Assembly (NCBI RefSeq): GCF_006345805.1
Contig: NC_042999.1
Location: 15,872,001 to 15,936,000, forward strand
Origin: Octopus sinensis
Taxonomy: Eukaryota
DNA length: 64,000 bases
Direction: 5' to 3'
Of the stretch, positions 37,642 through 50,480 are shown piece by piece. Every line of letters begins with the position of its first letter. Position 1 is the stretch's first letter. The notes beneath the pieces were generated by a model. The model searched no databases and was not told the origin of the DNA. It saw only the letters and a program-made list of their open reading frames with translations. Position numbers and translations under genes: made by a program.

Positions 37642-39127
37642 CATCATCATCATCGTTTATCATCCGCTTTCCATGCTAGCATGGGTTGGACAATTTAACT
37701 GGGTCTGGGAAGCCAGGAGGCTGCACCAGGCTCAAGTTTGATCAGGCAGTGTTTGTACAGCTGGATGCCCTTCTTAACGCCAACCACTCTGTGAGTGTAG
37801 TGGGTGCTTTTTACGTGCCACTGGCAGAGGTGCCAGGTGAGGCTGGCAACAGCCAGGATCAGTTGGTGCTTTTTACATGCCACCGGCATGGAAGCCAGTC
37901 AAGGCAGCGCTGGCATCGGCCACATTCAGATGGTGCTTTTTACATGCCACCGGCACAGGTATCCAACTACAATTTCCATTTGATTTTTATTTGATGTTGA
38001 TGTACTTGACTCAACAGGTTTCCTCAAGCACAGCAGGTCACCCTACAATCCAAGGTAAGCACAGCAGGCTGTTCTGTGATCCAAGGTACTTTGGATGGCC
38101 TGGGGCTGCTATGTGAAGCTGGTGTAGGAAACAGCAATGAACTCACGTTATTTGTTGGGTCTTCGCAGTCACAGCATATTTCCAGAGATCTCGGTCTTTC
38201 TTCATTGCCTCTGTGAGGCCCAACGTTTGAAGGTCATGCTTGACTGCCTCATCCTATGTCTTCCTGGGTTCTACCTCTACCCCGGATTCCTTTAACTGTT
38301 TGGGAGTGGCACTTCTTCATACAACTCTCCTCATCCATCCATTGTACATGACCATACCAGTGTAAACTTCTCTCTTGCACAGCGCTTCCAATGCTTCTTA
38401 TGTCCAGCATTTCTCTCAGGGTGCTTATACTCTGTTGTGTGCGCACACTGACATTACACATCCAGTGGATCATGCTAGCTTCATTTCTTTCAAGCCTATG
38501 CATGTCCTCTGCAGTTACAGCCCATGTTTCACTACCGTGAAGCATTGCAGTTCGCACACATGCATCATACAATCTACCTTTCACTCTGAGCGAGAGACCC
38601 TTTGTCACCAGTAGGGGTAGAAGCTTTCTAAACTTTGCCCAGGCTATTCGTAGTCTAGTGGTGACACTCTCTGAGCACCCACCTCCACTACTAACTTGTT
38701 CACCTAGGTAGCGGAAACTATCAACTATTTCTAGTTTCTCTCCTTGGAGTGTGATGGAATCTGTTTTCTGAGTATCTGTGGTGTCTATTGCCCCTGTGCA
38801 TCTGCCACACATGAAAGCTATCTTCTCAGTTAATTTTCCTTTGATGTTGCTGCACTTCTTATGCATCCATAGCTTACACTGGGTACACCTTATGGAGTTT
38901 CTACCAACACCTTTTCTACAGATTGAGCAGGGCCACCTACCTGAGGGTGTGTGTGATGAGTTCGCCTTCCTACTTACTATAACTTTGGTCTTTGCTACAT
39001 TGACTCTAAGGCCTTTTTAATTCCAAACCTAGCTTCCTCACCCGAAATTTCTTTTCTAGTTCCGGTAGTGATTCTGCTATGAGGGCCAGGTCATCAGCAT
39101 AGAGGATCTCCCAGGGGCAACCAGTCT
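37642..39127 (-). mobile_element. 5'-truncated RTE/RTEX-type LINE: RT C-terminal half, 3' UTR with tandem subrepeats and (GAT)n tail
   Basis: Minus strand translates GCPWEILYADDLALIAESLPELEKK...RVNVAKTKVI...WPCSICRKGVGRNSIRCTQCKLWMHKKC...FRYLG...RLYDACVRTAMLHGSETW...LHWYGHV. It has frameshifts near 39005 and 38265 and its stop at 38143-38145. The 3' UTR contains GGTGGCACRTAAAAAGCACC units and ends in ...GGAAAGCGGATGATAAACGATGATGATG. Confidence 0.93.
38143..39127 (-). pseudogene. Disrupted LINE ORF2 fragment (reverse transcriptase with an embedded C4HC3 PHD-like finger)
   Basis: YADD motif and F.YLG motif are present. ORF track entry 38249..38866 (205 aa) is the longest open stretch. There are two frameshifts and a TGG>TAG change near the C-terminus. 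Confidence 0.9.
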
Positions 39128-40495
39128 GTTTTCATAAATTTTGAATTAAAAATCTTCCACCAAATCTTAGTCACAATTTATGTTTCTAACACTAGCTGAA
39201 TGATAACTAAGTTATTTTACTAAATTTTAAAGTAGTAGAAAGAAACACAGAACATCTCAAAATACAGTAACGAAAGGGTTAAATAGCATTATCAAGATAA
39301 GATGCCAAAATTACTTCCTTACTAAATGAGAAGAATGTTTTCTGAAATGGAAAACTTGAAAAGATAAATATCCAAAAGTGTCAACCTTTATTGATATCTC
39401 AGAAAAGGAAATATTTTACTGAGATTTTTTCCTGTGTATGTGTTTATATACACATACCTCTGAGTGTGTGTGTGTGTGTGTGTGAAGTATGTATACACAC
39501 AGACACACACATCAAATGTAAATTGAATAAACCATTCAATACTTATGTAAAGTTTTATATTGGTTATATTACTATTTATGAAACTTAAAGCTATGAATTT
39601 TACATGCATGTACGGACAAAAATATCTGTTGGGAACAGACATTATAGATTAAACTAATTTAAAATGCTTATTAAATTAATAAGTTAATTTTTGTATAATA
39701 TTAATATATAATGATAGCAGTTTTGTAATGAATTATGAATTAGCTACATAAAAAGCAATTTTCTATAGACACAAATTTTAACCCAGCGAAAATATTGCGG
39801 ATACTGCTTCTGCTTGCCTGAGTAATATCATAAAAACTGTTAGACAAACTAACTCAAATTTTAGCTAATAATAGAAGAGTACATGATTATCTTAGAAAAA
39901 GAAAAACTTTCTTGTCACTTACATAAAATATTACCTGTAGTCAATTGGTTAAAAAACTGATAGAGCTAATAATTTCCAAGTAAGCAAAAAAAAGAAGAAG
40001 AATGAAAGAAAAATCACCAACATCTTGCACTTTCCTTTCCATAACAGTTGTGTTGTCAATGAAAGCATTTTTGCTGATATCTAGTGATATGATAATTTGA
40101 TTAGTCATGCCTCATGGCCAATATATTTTTAGAACTGTATAAGAATGCACTATTGAAACTACTAACAGTATTCTATAGGGTTGCTTTATTATAGTCAATT
40201 GAAATCATATTGAATGATATAATTCAATTACAAGAACATGAACAACTATACAAAAACAAATACAAAACAGCAATATTGCAGGATAATGATGATAAAAATA
40301 AATTTTAAAATGAATTACGTTGTAATGATGACAAACAACAAATTATAAATTACAGAAAACTGTTTTCTCAAATTTGTCTTGCATTTTGTCAACCATCAGA
40401 TGAAAATATTTTGAACAGAGAAAAAATATAACTGAGTTTGATAAAATCACTAGTAAACCCAAAGTAGAATGCACAATATATATATATATATATAT

Positions 40496-40895
40496 AAAGT
40501 TAATCCAAACAAGAAAGCACAAAAAACACAACACGAGGACGTGGAACAAATATAGTATTATTGGACGCTCAGGAAAGAAGGAAAGAAGGAGGGTTTAACG
40601 TTTTGAGCGGAGCTCTTCATTGGAAACATAGAAGGAAAGATCCAGAGAAGGGAAGACAGAGGAAAAATATCGCCAACGGTACACACGAGGTCACATTTTG
40701 AAACATATATATATATAGTGAAAGTTTACGGCAAAAACAAAAGATGAAGACAGGTGGTGTACAAAACAAACAGATGTATTAGTATAACACTCAGGAATAG
40801 AAAAAGTCGTTTATGTTTCGAGCCTAAGCTCTTCTACAGAAAGGTACACAGAAAAAACAAGGAGAGAAAAAAATGTGTGTAGTGGCTAATGATCT

Positions 40896-40898
<3 letters not shown>
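40496..40898 (-). mobile_element. Two tandem ~200-bp (TA)n-flanked Penelope-like/retrozyme-like units (40496-40704, 40717-40898)
   Basis: Related layout in both units. Each carries ...GA-A-GAGC-loop-GCTC-(G/A)AAAC on the minus strand, and each is bounded by (TA)n. Confidence 0.55.
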
Positions 40899-40939
<41 letters not shown>

Positions 40940-42432
40940 TACTTACATACATATATACAATAAACTTTATATAAAAATAACATAAAACATTTATGCCAAT
41001 AGAACTCTGATAATGATTATCAGAGCTTTATTTTTATATCTAAATATAAACACTTTTACAAATTGAAGAATGAGTGAAATCTCAAAGTTTGAAAGTGTAT
41101 TCATGTTAAGTCGATCCTCTTTCTTTTGCTCACTCTCTCTCTCTCTCTTTTACACCCATGTCTCCTATATCAGCTATCCTTGAGAATAAAGGCTATTTTC
41201 AATGGATAATATTTGAAACTTACACATTGTTTCCAGTATAAAACATTAGCAAAACTCTCATTATTTTAATAAAGGACTACATATTGCATAATTGCATAAC
41301 AAATAATATCTATTATAACAAATAACAAAAATACTGAAAAGCATATCATATTGCTTATTTCTATATGTACTTGTATTGAGTGGTAGACTTAATTTTTTGA
41401 TTAGTATAATACTAGCATCTGTCCCTTACACAAATTTAGTGGACTCCATTCCAATGCAAGCTTTCAGACCAGATCTCCTAGCTGAAGAGAGCTTGATTTC
41501 TTGGTATACTGTTTCCTAGTGTTGCAATCCATGTAATATAGTTTGTTTCTCCCTTTTCCTCACAAGTCTCTTCTGACTAAACCATCAAGAAAAATCAAAT
41601 AAAAAGTAACTTCAGGTTGGTAATAATAGTAAGAAATTTGGGGATCTGGTAGCTTTCACTGAATATAGTTTGTATCTCAAATATACCCTCAGGTTTTCAA
41701 GCTTAACAGTATCTTTATCAAAACATGAAATTTTCACTGATATAATCCAATGAAGATGTGCAATTTATCAATTTGCCGGAAATAACATTAAAATCACCTC
41801 AAATCACATCCTACCATTAAAATAGAAAGGATACATCAAACAATGTATTCCTAGTATAAAAAAAGACAGGATGATCACTCATGGCCTTTGATCAGAAGTT
41901 TTGTTCTATCAAGGAAGACTTGAAACTAAACAACAAGAACAGTTTCCAAAGTTTTACACTAAAAACAACAACAATACATGCAACTACTGTTCAGTTAATA
42001 CATTCCATAAAGACTGCTTCATAACAGTTTTAATCATTAATGGATATTTTTAATTCAATTATTTCTAAATTATTCTCAAATCCTTGTCATTAAATTACTA
42101 GAAATAGATTTATATCATGACTTCTTCCCCTGAAAAACATTATAAGAAATATTTTGTGCAAAATAATGGGTGCAGCAAATAATCTTAAAATTCTATTTTA
42201 TGTGTAGAATTTGTCAATCTCATATTGAAATATCAACACAATCCAAATAAACAGGCAAAACTTTCTTAAAAAATGTAATTCTAAAAATGTATTGAGCAAT
42301 AATCACTTTTCCTTTTAGCAAGAATTTAATTAACTAAACATAACTAAAAGTTGAAGAATGAACCTAGTTTACAGAGAGAAATAAAAATTACCAAAGAGAG
42401 GATGAGAGAAAAATATAATCAAAATAGATTAC

Positions 42433-42534
42433 ATTCTCTTCTGATAAATAATGGTATTCCCAAGTTTGCTGGCTGTTCAAATAGCTGAAACTTGTAACTG
42501 ATAAAATGGAAATCAATGTCTGCTTTCATAAAGT
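42433..42534 (-). CDS. Candidate symmetric (phase 1-1) exon, FMKADIDFHFISYKFQLFEQPANLGIPLFIRRE
   Basis: gtactttttttatAG | 102 nt open in one frame | GTAATC (weak donor). Confidence 0.25.
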
Positions 42535-43944
42535 CTATAAAAAAAGTACATATCTTTACTATGTCCACATGTAGGAAAAAATCTTTAAACAACAGGATAG
42601 TTCGCAGTAATTTCCACATTGATTTACAATAATATAAATTATTTTGAGTAAGTATACATATATTTATACAGATATGTACTGTCTATAGAATCAAGTTCTA
42701 GGCATCAGTTTACAAGCTTCTTTGGAATAAAAAGAAATATTTCTTGATTTTCACACACACAGGTATCAGTACTGTCTGAGTTTATAAATAACTTAAATGA
42801 ATTACACCATCAATTTTAAAATGTATCAGTCTCCTTTCACTGTAAATATGATTTCTACAATAGCAAAAAGTTTTAAATGTCTGACAATATATTTCAAACA
42901 AAGCTTCACGTAGACAAACATAGTACAGTGAACAAAAAATACTTTAAACAAAGACAAGTTACATATCACACTAATTTTGAACATGTTTTAAATAGAGGAA
43001 TATTATGTAAAAAGCAAAATCGAAGTAAAACAATATCATGATATTAAAAAAATACAAAAATGCATTAAAATTTTCCTATAACAGCAATATATGAAAAAAG
43101 ATAGATGTAAACAATTTTAATAAAAGAAGTATATTAAAATACAGACAGAATATGAAATGATTTTGCTGAATAATTCAGTTTACATTATGCTTTAGATAGA
43201 ATATTTTTTAACTGCATATATTAAAACTACAGCTACAAATCTACAGCCTTCAGAATACTGAAAACAAAAGCATTTTGTAGTAATTCAGTTTTATATTACT
43301 ACATTATACACTCCTGTTTCATCTTAGTTTAGTATTTATTGTAAGAGATGAATTTCAAACCTTTTTCTATCACTGATGCTCATGTCCCTTTCACACACAT
43401 TCAAGCAGTCATTTGTGCAAAATGTTAACCTCTTCTAGTATATTTCCAACAGCATATCGTCTTCAGAATGTTGTAGTTTCTTCAGTAGGACTAGATCTTA
43501 GCAGAGAAGAATTAACATTCAACCTCCTTTTCTTCAAATGCTTGCAGCAGGAAGCCACTAGTGTACTATAACCAGTCATGTGCACCAAAAGCTTTCTCTC
43601 ATTAGCAATAGCTACTGATGTTGTGATTCTTGCCTTTGACAATAGGTGCAGGCATGGTCAAAAAGTTATGTTTTTACTTTAAAATCTAGAGGTTTCCAAT
43701 CTAATTGGTCAAGTGCTTCTTACCATATTCTCAGCATGAGAAAAGGTTAACTTAATCATGCACACTGTTGCATTGAGTCTACCTGAAAATTACATTAAGC
43801 TGTGGAATACTCAACTGCTTAATCCCTATTACAATGGTAAGATAGTTCTATTGATCAAACAGCTGAAACAATAAACCTTACATAACATATCTGCCAACTA
43901 CTGTACTAGCTATGATACTGACAGCATGGGATTTGAGTGTCCTA

Positions 43945-44162
43945 TTAATATTGGTTACAAATTTTGGCAGAAGGCCAGCAATTTCAAAGAAGGAAGCTTA
44001 GTCAATTACACTAACCCCAGTTCTCAGTTGTTACTTATTTCAATGACCCTGAGAGGATGAAAGGCAACGTTGACCTTAGAATTTGAACTCAGAAAATGAA
44101 AACAGACGAAATGCCACTAAGCATTTTGCCTGGTGTACAAATGATTCTGCCAGACTGCTGCA
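43945..44162 (-). mobile_element. SINE family-2 copy (third tail type)
   Basis: Core GAGAGGATGAAAGGCAACGTTGACC…GAATTTGAACTCAG…ACAGACGAAATGCC. Confidence 0.7.
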
Positions 44163-44339
44163 TTGAATATCCTATTAGTATTGAAGACTATTAGTTATTA
44201 ATAAATCATAAAACTAAATGCAGAAATGTAGTTAGTAAACTACTGAAATGAGCATACAATAAGCATTTGAAAACTCATACTTAAAATCAGCAAAGAAGGC
44301 AGCAATCAGCAAGCATCAAGCAAGATGTAGCCAGTAGCT

Positions 44340-44520
44340 ATTTCCAAAATAAGAGTCTCTGGATAGCACTCATTTTAAGTTGCTTTGATTACTGTTCCAA
44401 TGTGTGGTTGCACCACTTGCAAAGTTTAGAAATGATAGCTTAAAGTAATTGATAAAACATTTCAAACAAATAATAGAAAAGTTTGGAAGACAAGATGTAA
44501 CCATCTATCTATATGTAATA
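44340..44520 (+). mobile_element. Possible CR1/L2-type LINE ORF2 C-terminal remnant
   Basis: ILSCFDYCSNVW resembles the I.P.FDYC..VW motif. Little other signal. Confidence 0.35.
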
Positions 44521-47500
44521 CCTAAAGCAAACATTAGTAACATACTAGAGCCAAGTCATTTGACTACATCCTTTTCCTATAAAATGCTACCAATTAGAAT
44601 TAAGCAATATTTTATAAACTTAGAATAATAACAGAATAACAATTATTTCCAAAAGAGTGTAGAGTAACTAAATTACTTCAGATCTCTAAACAAAATCTGT
44701 AAAATATTAATCAGTGTTCAAGCAACGAATATATTAACTTCAATTAGATAAATTCTCAAGAAATAGTGATTTACAAACATGTATTTAAATTAAATAAATA
44801 TAACTTTGCTCAATAGCAAATGTTAGATGTCATCCAAGCTATTGATTTTATGTAACTCATAACAAGTTTCAAGCATGATGAATTTTAAAATATATATATA
44901 CTGACAAATGCTTTTTATTAAAATTCGAATCCTAATTTAGCAAATAATGCAGTAATTTTACGCCATTGTGGAAAGGAAATCAGAAACAACCAATTTAAAG
45001 TTATTTTAATAAACAGTAGACTTAAGGACATGTAATTTTACTGTAAATTTTCTATTGAATTATGTACCATTGGTAAAATTCTGCATGTTTTCACAGTTGT
45101 TGCTATAATTAATGTAATTATCAGCAGAGTTTTCAAATTACTACCATTTTGCTATTAAATTCACAATAAGCAATGTCTATAACCTCTATACTTTGAGAAG
45201 AACTAAATCAAGATAACACATTATAACTTATAAATTACTTCTATGATATTATATTCTTATCTGTGTAATAAGGAGTATGTGTGGAGAACATCCCAATGAT
45301 ATATGACAATAGAATTTTATAAATGATTTGAGCATTATTTAGAGGATAAGAATGATAAATATTTAGATTCAGATAAATTTGCATCAGAAACAAAATAGTC
45401 CAGCATCCTAGAGTTCAGTGCTTATTGCAAGATATCTAACTACTATATATAAAAAAACAAATTTACAAGAAAGGGTTATCAAAACATTTTTCCTAAAATG
45501 TGATATGAGGTGTGGAAGGTCTTCCAAAGTAAAACAATTTTAGTAAGCAACACATTTGCATGTGTTTTGTCTTTCTTTTGAAGTTTTGTTTTCAAGCTAT
45601 ATCAACGGAGAATTTAATGCTTGAACTGAAGAGATTTTACCATAAAATAGAAAGACTTCTCTTACAATAAATACAACGCTTAAGCTGCTAAAAGAAAATC
45701 ATGGCATCAACCCTTCTTTGCAATCACTTTCTCTTCAATAAAATTGTCATACTGTTATAATGTGAAATTTTTATTCCTTATTTCATACCAAAATAAAGAA
45801 TGAAACATGTTCAGTTTTCTTTTAAACAATTCTAGATTCTTTCAAGTACTAAGAGATGCTTGACCACTTTAGTCAATCATCTCAATGACTTCATGTTCCT
45901 TGAAGTATTTGTACTAGTTTACTTCATATCCTCATATCCTTTCTTCTAACAGCAATCAATCTGATAAAGTAAAACAATATTTTCCTCTCAGACAAATCAA
46001 ACTTTATTACAAAATATAACTAAATTCTTTGACTTTAGATTATATTTTCAAAATCAGTTGCCAGATAAATGTTTTAGTTTTTTTAATCTAGAAAAGCACA
46101 CCATCAAATGTATTTCCTTTTGAATACATATTAAACAGTCAAAAATATCGAAGACATCTGTCTAGGATGTTATTTCATATGTACAGAGGTAGTCTGGGTA
46201 AAACATTTTTGACAGCAAAGTATAATCCTTGGATTTCAACGTTGTCGTTATTTATAGATTTGCTACATGCATGATGACAATCAAATATATAGCTAAAAGT
46301 ATGCAAATTTCCCTAACATTATCTATAATATCTGCTCTCTTCCAAATCTTGTTTCCATTAACCTGTGAAACTGTATCAGATCCTTTTTGGCAATCATAAC
46401 AAATCTGTCATTTGCCCCCTAAATTCAAAAGCTGCCACATTTGCCAGAGAATAATTCTAAACCACTCTTCAACATCAAATATAAATTTTCATATCTCTAG
46501 ATCTCAAACTCTTCATTCATCCCCTGCTCTTCTTTAATAGCTAAGTTTATCAGATACCTTTCCTCTCAATAATAGAAAGTCTTCAAATCTACAAATCTAT
46601 GAATTAACCAGTTCTTTGCAAACCCTTTATCTAGTCATTCTCATCACTACATGAAACAATATGCACAATGATTTTTACCTAACACAGCTCTCCTTAAATC
46701 ATTTATAGATAAAAATCAGAAATTAGAAGAACCATTGATCTTGTCATTATATCTTTCATACCTGTGTGCCCATTCTCACCTTAAAAGATGGAGGAAAGAC
46801 TAGATAATGTTAACACAGCAGGAAACCCACCTTAAACCATTTCAGCATGAATTAAGGAACAACATTTAATTTTTAATCAAGTAGCCTGAAGCAATTATAC
46901 CTAACTATATAAAACCAATAGCTAAAGCAAGAGATAAATATATAGTATTAACAATTTATATTTCAACATGTTAACGTATCTTAATTAGAGAAGCTTAATT
47001 TTTGCAAAATTTGAAACTAGAATATGTTATGAGCATTAAAAGAACTTAAAATAGATCCGATGCGAAAAGAAAACCAGCTTAAAATACTGCATATCTATGG
47101 ATATGCAGCTAAGTCAATGACATTGACTGCACATTATAAAAATCTTTACAAAGATTAAGTTTTCTTTTCAGAACTAGAAATTATTTTGCCTCAACTGCCA
47201 CAAGTCTTAGAGAAGAGAGAAATAAACTTTATGATTTCGTATGTTTCACATGTTGATCCAACAATTCTAAATACACTTTGCATTCAATCTACAAAATAAA
47301 ATCTTGCTTTCTAATAGATAAAACATCAAATTTGAATTGAACCATAACACCAATCTTATCTCAATATCAAAACTTGCTTTTAAACAAAATAAATAAAAAT
47401 ATGCCCTTGTTCTTCAAACAAAATATAAACAAGTATCATAAGGTGTACTCACACAAATATGTAAAATATAGGAAAAGTGAGCAAATCTCTAAGCTACAGC

Positions 47501-49399
47501 AGGAAAATAATGGTTAGATCAAGTTCAATCTAAAATGTTGGTAAGATGAATGGCAAACCCGAAACATGGGGAATTTTCTCCCCATTAAGAAGACCTCTGA
47601 AGCAAGTAAGCATAAGTTCTAAGAAGTAAAATTGCAACTCCAAATTTTTGAAGTTTTTATGAGTTAATGAAAGTAGGGGTTATTAAAAAGTAATTTTAAA
47701 ATAATTTTTCAAAATTCTATTTGAAATTATTAAATCACATAGAAATATAATGCTGTATACATGTTCAGGCTCCTACACTGAACACAAATGAAATTCATGC
47801 TTCATATGAAAATGTAAGCACACATGTTTAAGTAAATAAACAACAATATTTTTCCATGAAATACATCACAGTTGATACAATTATAAAATAGCAACATATT
47901 TCATGCTTAACTTAAAATTCAATTGTTAAAAAAATTGAGTTATATTCACTTCTCCAACGGAAAATGTGTATATGATTAAGGAAACTAGGACTCAAACATT
48001 AAAAAAAAGTATTAGAAACAAGCATTCATGTAAACTAAAGTTTTACATTTTGTAAATAGTTTTGGTGGTCATAAAAGCTGCATCATTTAGAAAACAATTA
48101 AATTCCTAAAAACAAAATTTTAGAAATATAATTGGATAATGTTTAGGTATTTCAGTTTTTTTATTTCAAAGATTTATAAAATATTAAATATCATAATTTG
48201 AATATTCTTACAGAACTTTCAAATTTAATCAAATTACAAAGCTAAGATTTAATACTTAGTGCTTTTAGTGCACAGTTGTCTTCTTCCTAGTTTCAGTAAA
48301 GCAAATTGATTGGACTCCATTGGCTGATGACCAGTAAAGATGGAGAAGGAGAACTGCATTTCATCCTGTCCAATTATGACCTCCATAGGCTACAGATTTT
48401 GACTGCTTGGTCAATAAAAATATATACGTGTGTGTGTGTGGTAAGATAGCCACCTCAGACCACCTCAGAAAATACTATAAAGATCATGGATTACTCCCAT
48501 TGCCAAACTGAGCTGAGTGCTGGATCCATGTTATAATAATAGTTGTTTAACATAAGTGTACAATAATCATGTCTGACTTTGTTTCAATAGGTAAATTATC
48601 TAACATCATCTAACTTCTCTTCAGATATATATGGTCATTGACCTCCTTGTAGGAGGATTTTCAGCCTTTTTTTACAGTTTTATTTTTAATCCTGCAAGTC
48701 CTACAGGGAAATGAAAAATCATTATCACCTATTATTGTATCCAAACTACTTTAAGTATGAACACATGCTCCATAAGTTTGCAATGATTGTTATAATTTTT
48801 CTCCAATGAAATCTGTATTTTTTATAGTTGTACTTAATATGTTGTTAGGAAAATAGTTTTAAAAACATTCAGAGTCTCTTCAAACGAACTAATTAAGGGG
48901 ATCGTAGCTATTTTTCCTGCTGTGTGTAGCTAGAGGACAAATAGTTTTATAGAAAATGTCAATAAGTTTGATGTCTGAAGAGAAATGAGCACTGGGAGGG
49001 AGTCATGATAGCTGTGTTAGTGGTAACTCTACAGCTACTGCCTGTCTAAAAGTTTTATTAGTGAAAATGAATGATTTGCTACTCAGATTCTTCCCTGGTA
49101 TTTATACCAACAATGGTCACTGACCTCATATAGTCAGTAATGCAAACACCATCAATAAAAACAATAAACTCCTTTAATGGGAGAAGGTATAGCTTTAGCA
49201 AAGATAGAAAAAGGTAATAATGCAAATGGTAAAAAAAAAGACAATAACAGTGAGGAAGGTAATGAGAGTGTGATTGATATAACCAGTCCAGTGATTTTTT
49301 GTTTGTTTTTGTTTTTTGCAACAGAATATGTATTGATAAGAATTCCACCCATTGGATCACTTCTGTGTCTTGAACCTTGCCCTATCATTTAATGTTGAA

Positions 49400-50480
49400 C
49401 TGACTTCAGAGACATGTGATGAGGAAGTATCAGTATTTGGTATGTCTGCTGCAGACAGTCCATATTTGGTAGGCATGGAGAAGTGTCATGCACACTACTG
49501 CCTTGTAAATATTCAGCATGTTGGCAATGCTGATACTACAGTGTCCCCAGATAATGAAGCATTGTCTTCCAAAAGCTGACCATGCTTGGCCATCCTAGAT
49601 CTGATCTTATCAACATGGACCTGTCTGGAAGGCTATCAAAGTAATTGAACTTTTCTGTGAACTGCTGACATGTATCTTTGACCATAATGTTTGGTTCAAT
49701 TCACTCAAGACCAGGTGAGGGTTGAATTCAATTAAAATTTGCTGCAGGCTACAAAGAATCTTTCTAGGCTTTGTTTGTATGTCATTGGCATTACTAGAAT
49801 TCAATGCACAAAGTATCTGCAAAATTATAATTGTGCTTTGAATGTAGTCTGAACTTTAATGATTTCTTTCAAGTGTGAATGATTATGAAATCTGCCATAT
49901 ATTATGTAATGGATGTAAATTTCTGAAGGATAATCATTGAATGCAGGAGTGGCATTGCTGAGAGCATCGTACTTAATACTGTTAGCACCAGCAGGCATTC
50001 CCATTTTTACAACAATGCTGGTAAGAAAGTTTGTTGATACTTTACCATCATAGGATACATGAGCCATTATACAGTTATCTCATTCTCTGACAATGCTGGT
50101 AAATTTGTCTGTATATCCATCCATTCACCTTAAACATAATCTTTCAAACACCTTCCCAGCTCATAGTGTCAAATGCCTTGGTTAGTTCCACAAACATTTT
50201 GATTATGTCCTGCAGTTGTCTTGCAGCAAAAACCATGCTTAAGGTGCCATGTCTGCTGCAGAAACCACATTGATTTTCTGGGAGCAGACATGTCTCAATT
50301 TGTTTGATGAAACAGTTCAGCAGAATATTCTCAACAAAAAGATGTTCTTTGATTGTTATTGGTAGCACTATCTGATTCCCTTATACTTGTGGATGTGAAC
50401 AATCAGGGCAACTTTTCTATGGAAGTTTGCCTTGATTCCAGAAGAAGCAAAATATTCCATTAACTTCTGCTATAGAATGG
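49400..50480 (-). mobile_element. Decayed RTE (BovB-like) reverse transcriptase fragment
   Basis: ORF 50144..50368 LLPENQCGF…MVFAARQLQ…FVELTKAFDTMS, followed in order by degenerate GVKQG- and FADD-region equivalents. Confidence 0.75.

Larger units (their letters stand above)
37587..39278. mobile_element. Second copy of the piggyBac-like MITE, split by the LINE (left part 37587-37641, right part 39128-39278)
   Basis: The two halves rejoin (…acaaatatctt|gttttcataa…) to give the reverse complement of the 2866-3086 element. TTAA lies at 37583-37586 and 39279-39282. Confidence 0.85.

Noticed and set aside
43724-43782. 59-nt minus-strand exon-like segment (RLNATVCMIKLTFSHAENM)
   Set aside because: The donor lies within a decayed SINE head, so the signal is probably repeat-derived.
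48330-48365. CTGATGA motifs elsewhere (29281, 30346, 48334, 59222) as hammerheads
   Set aside because: None has a stem II closed directly by GAAA.
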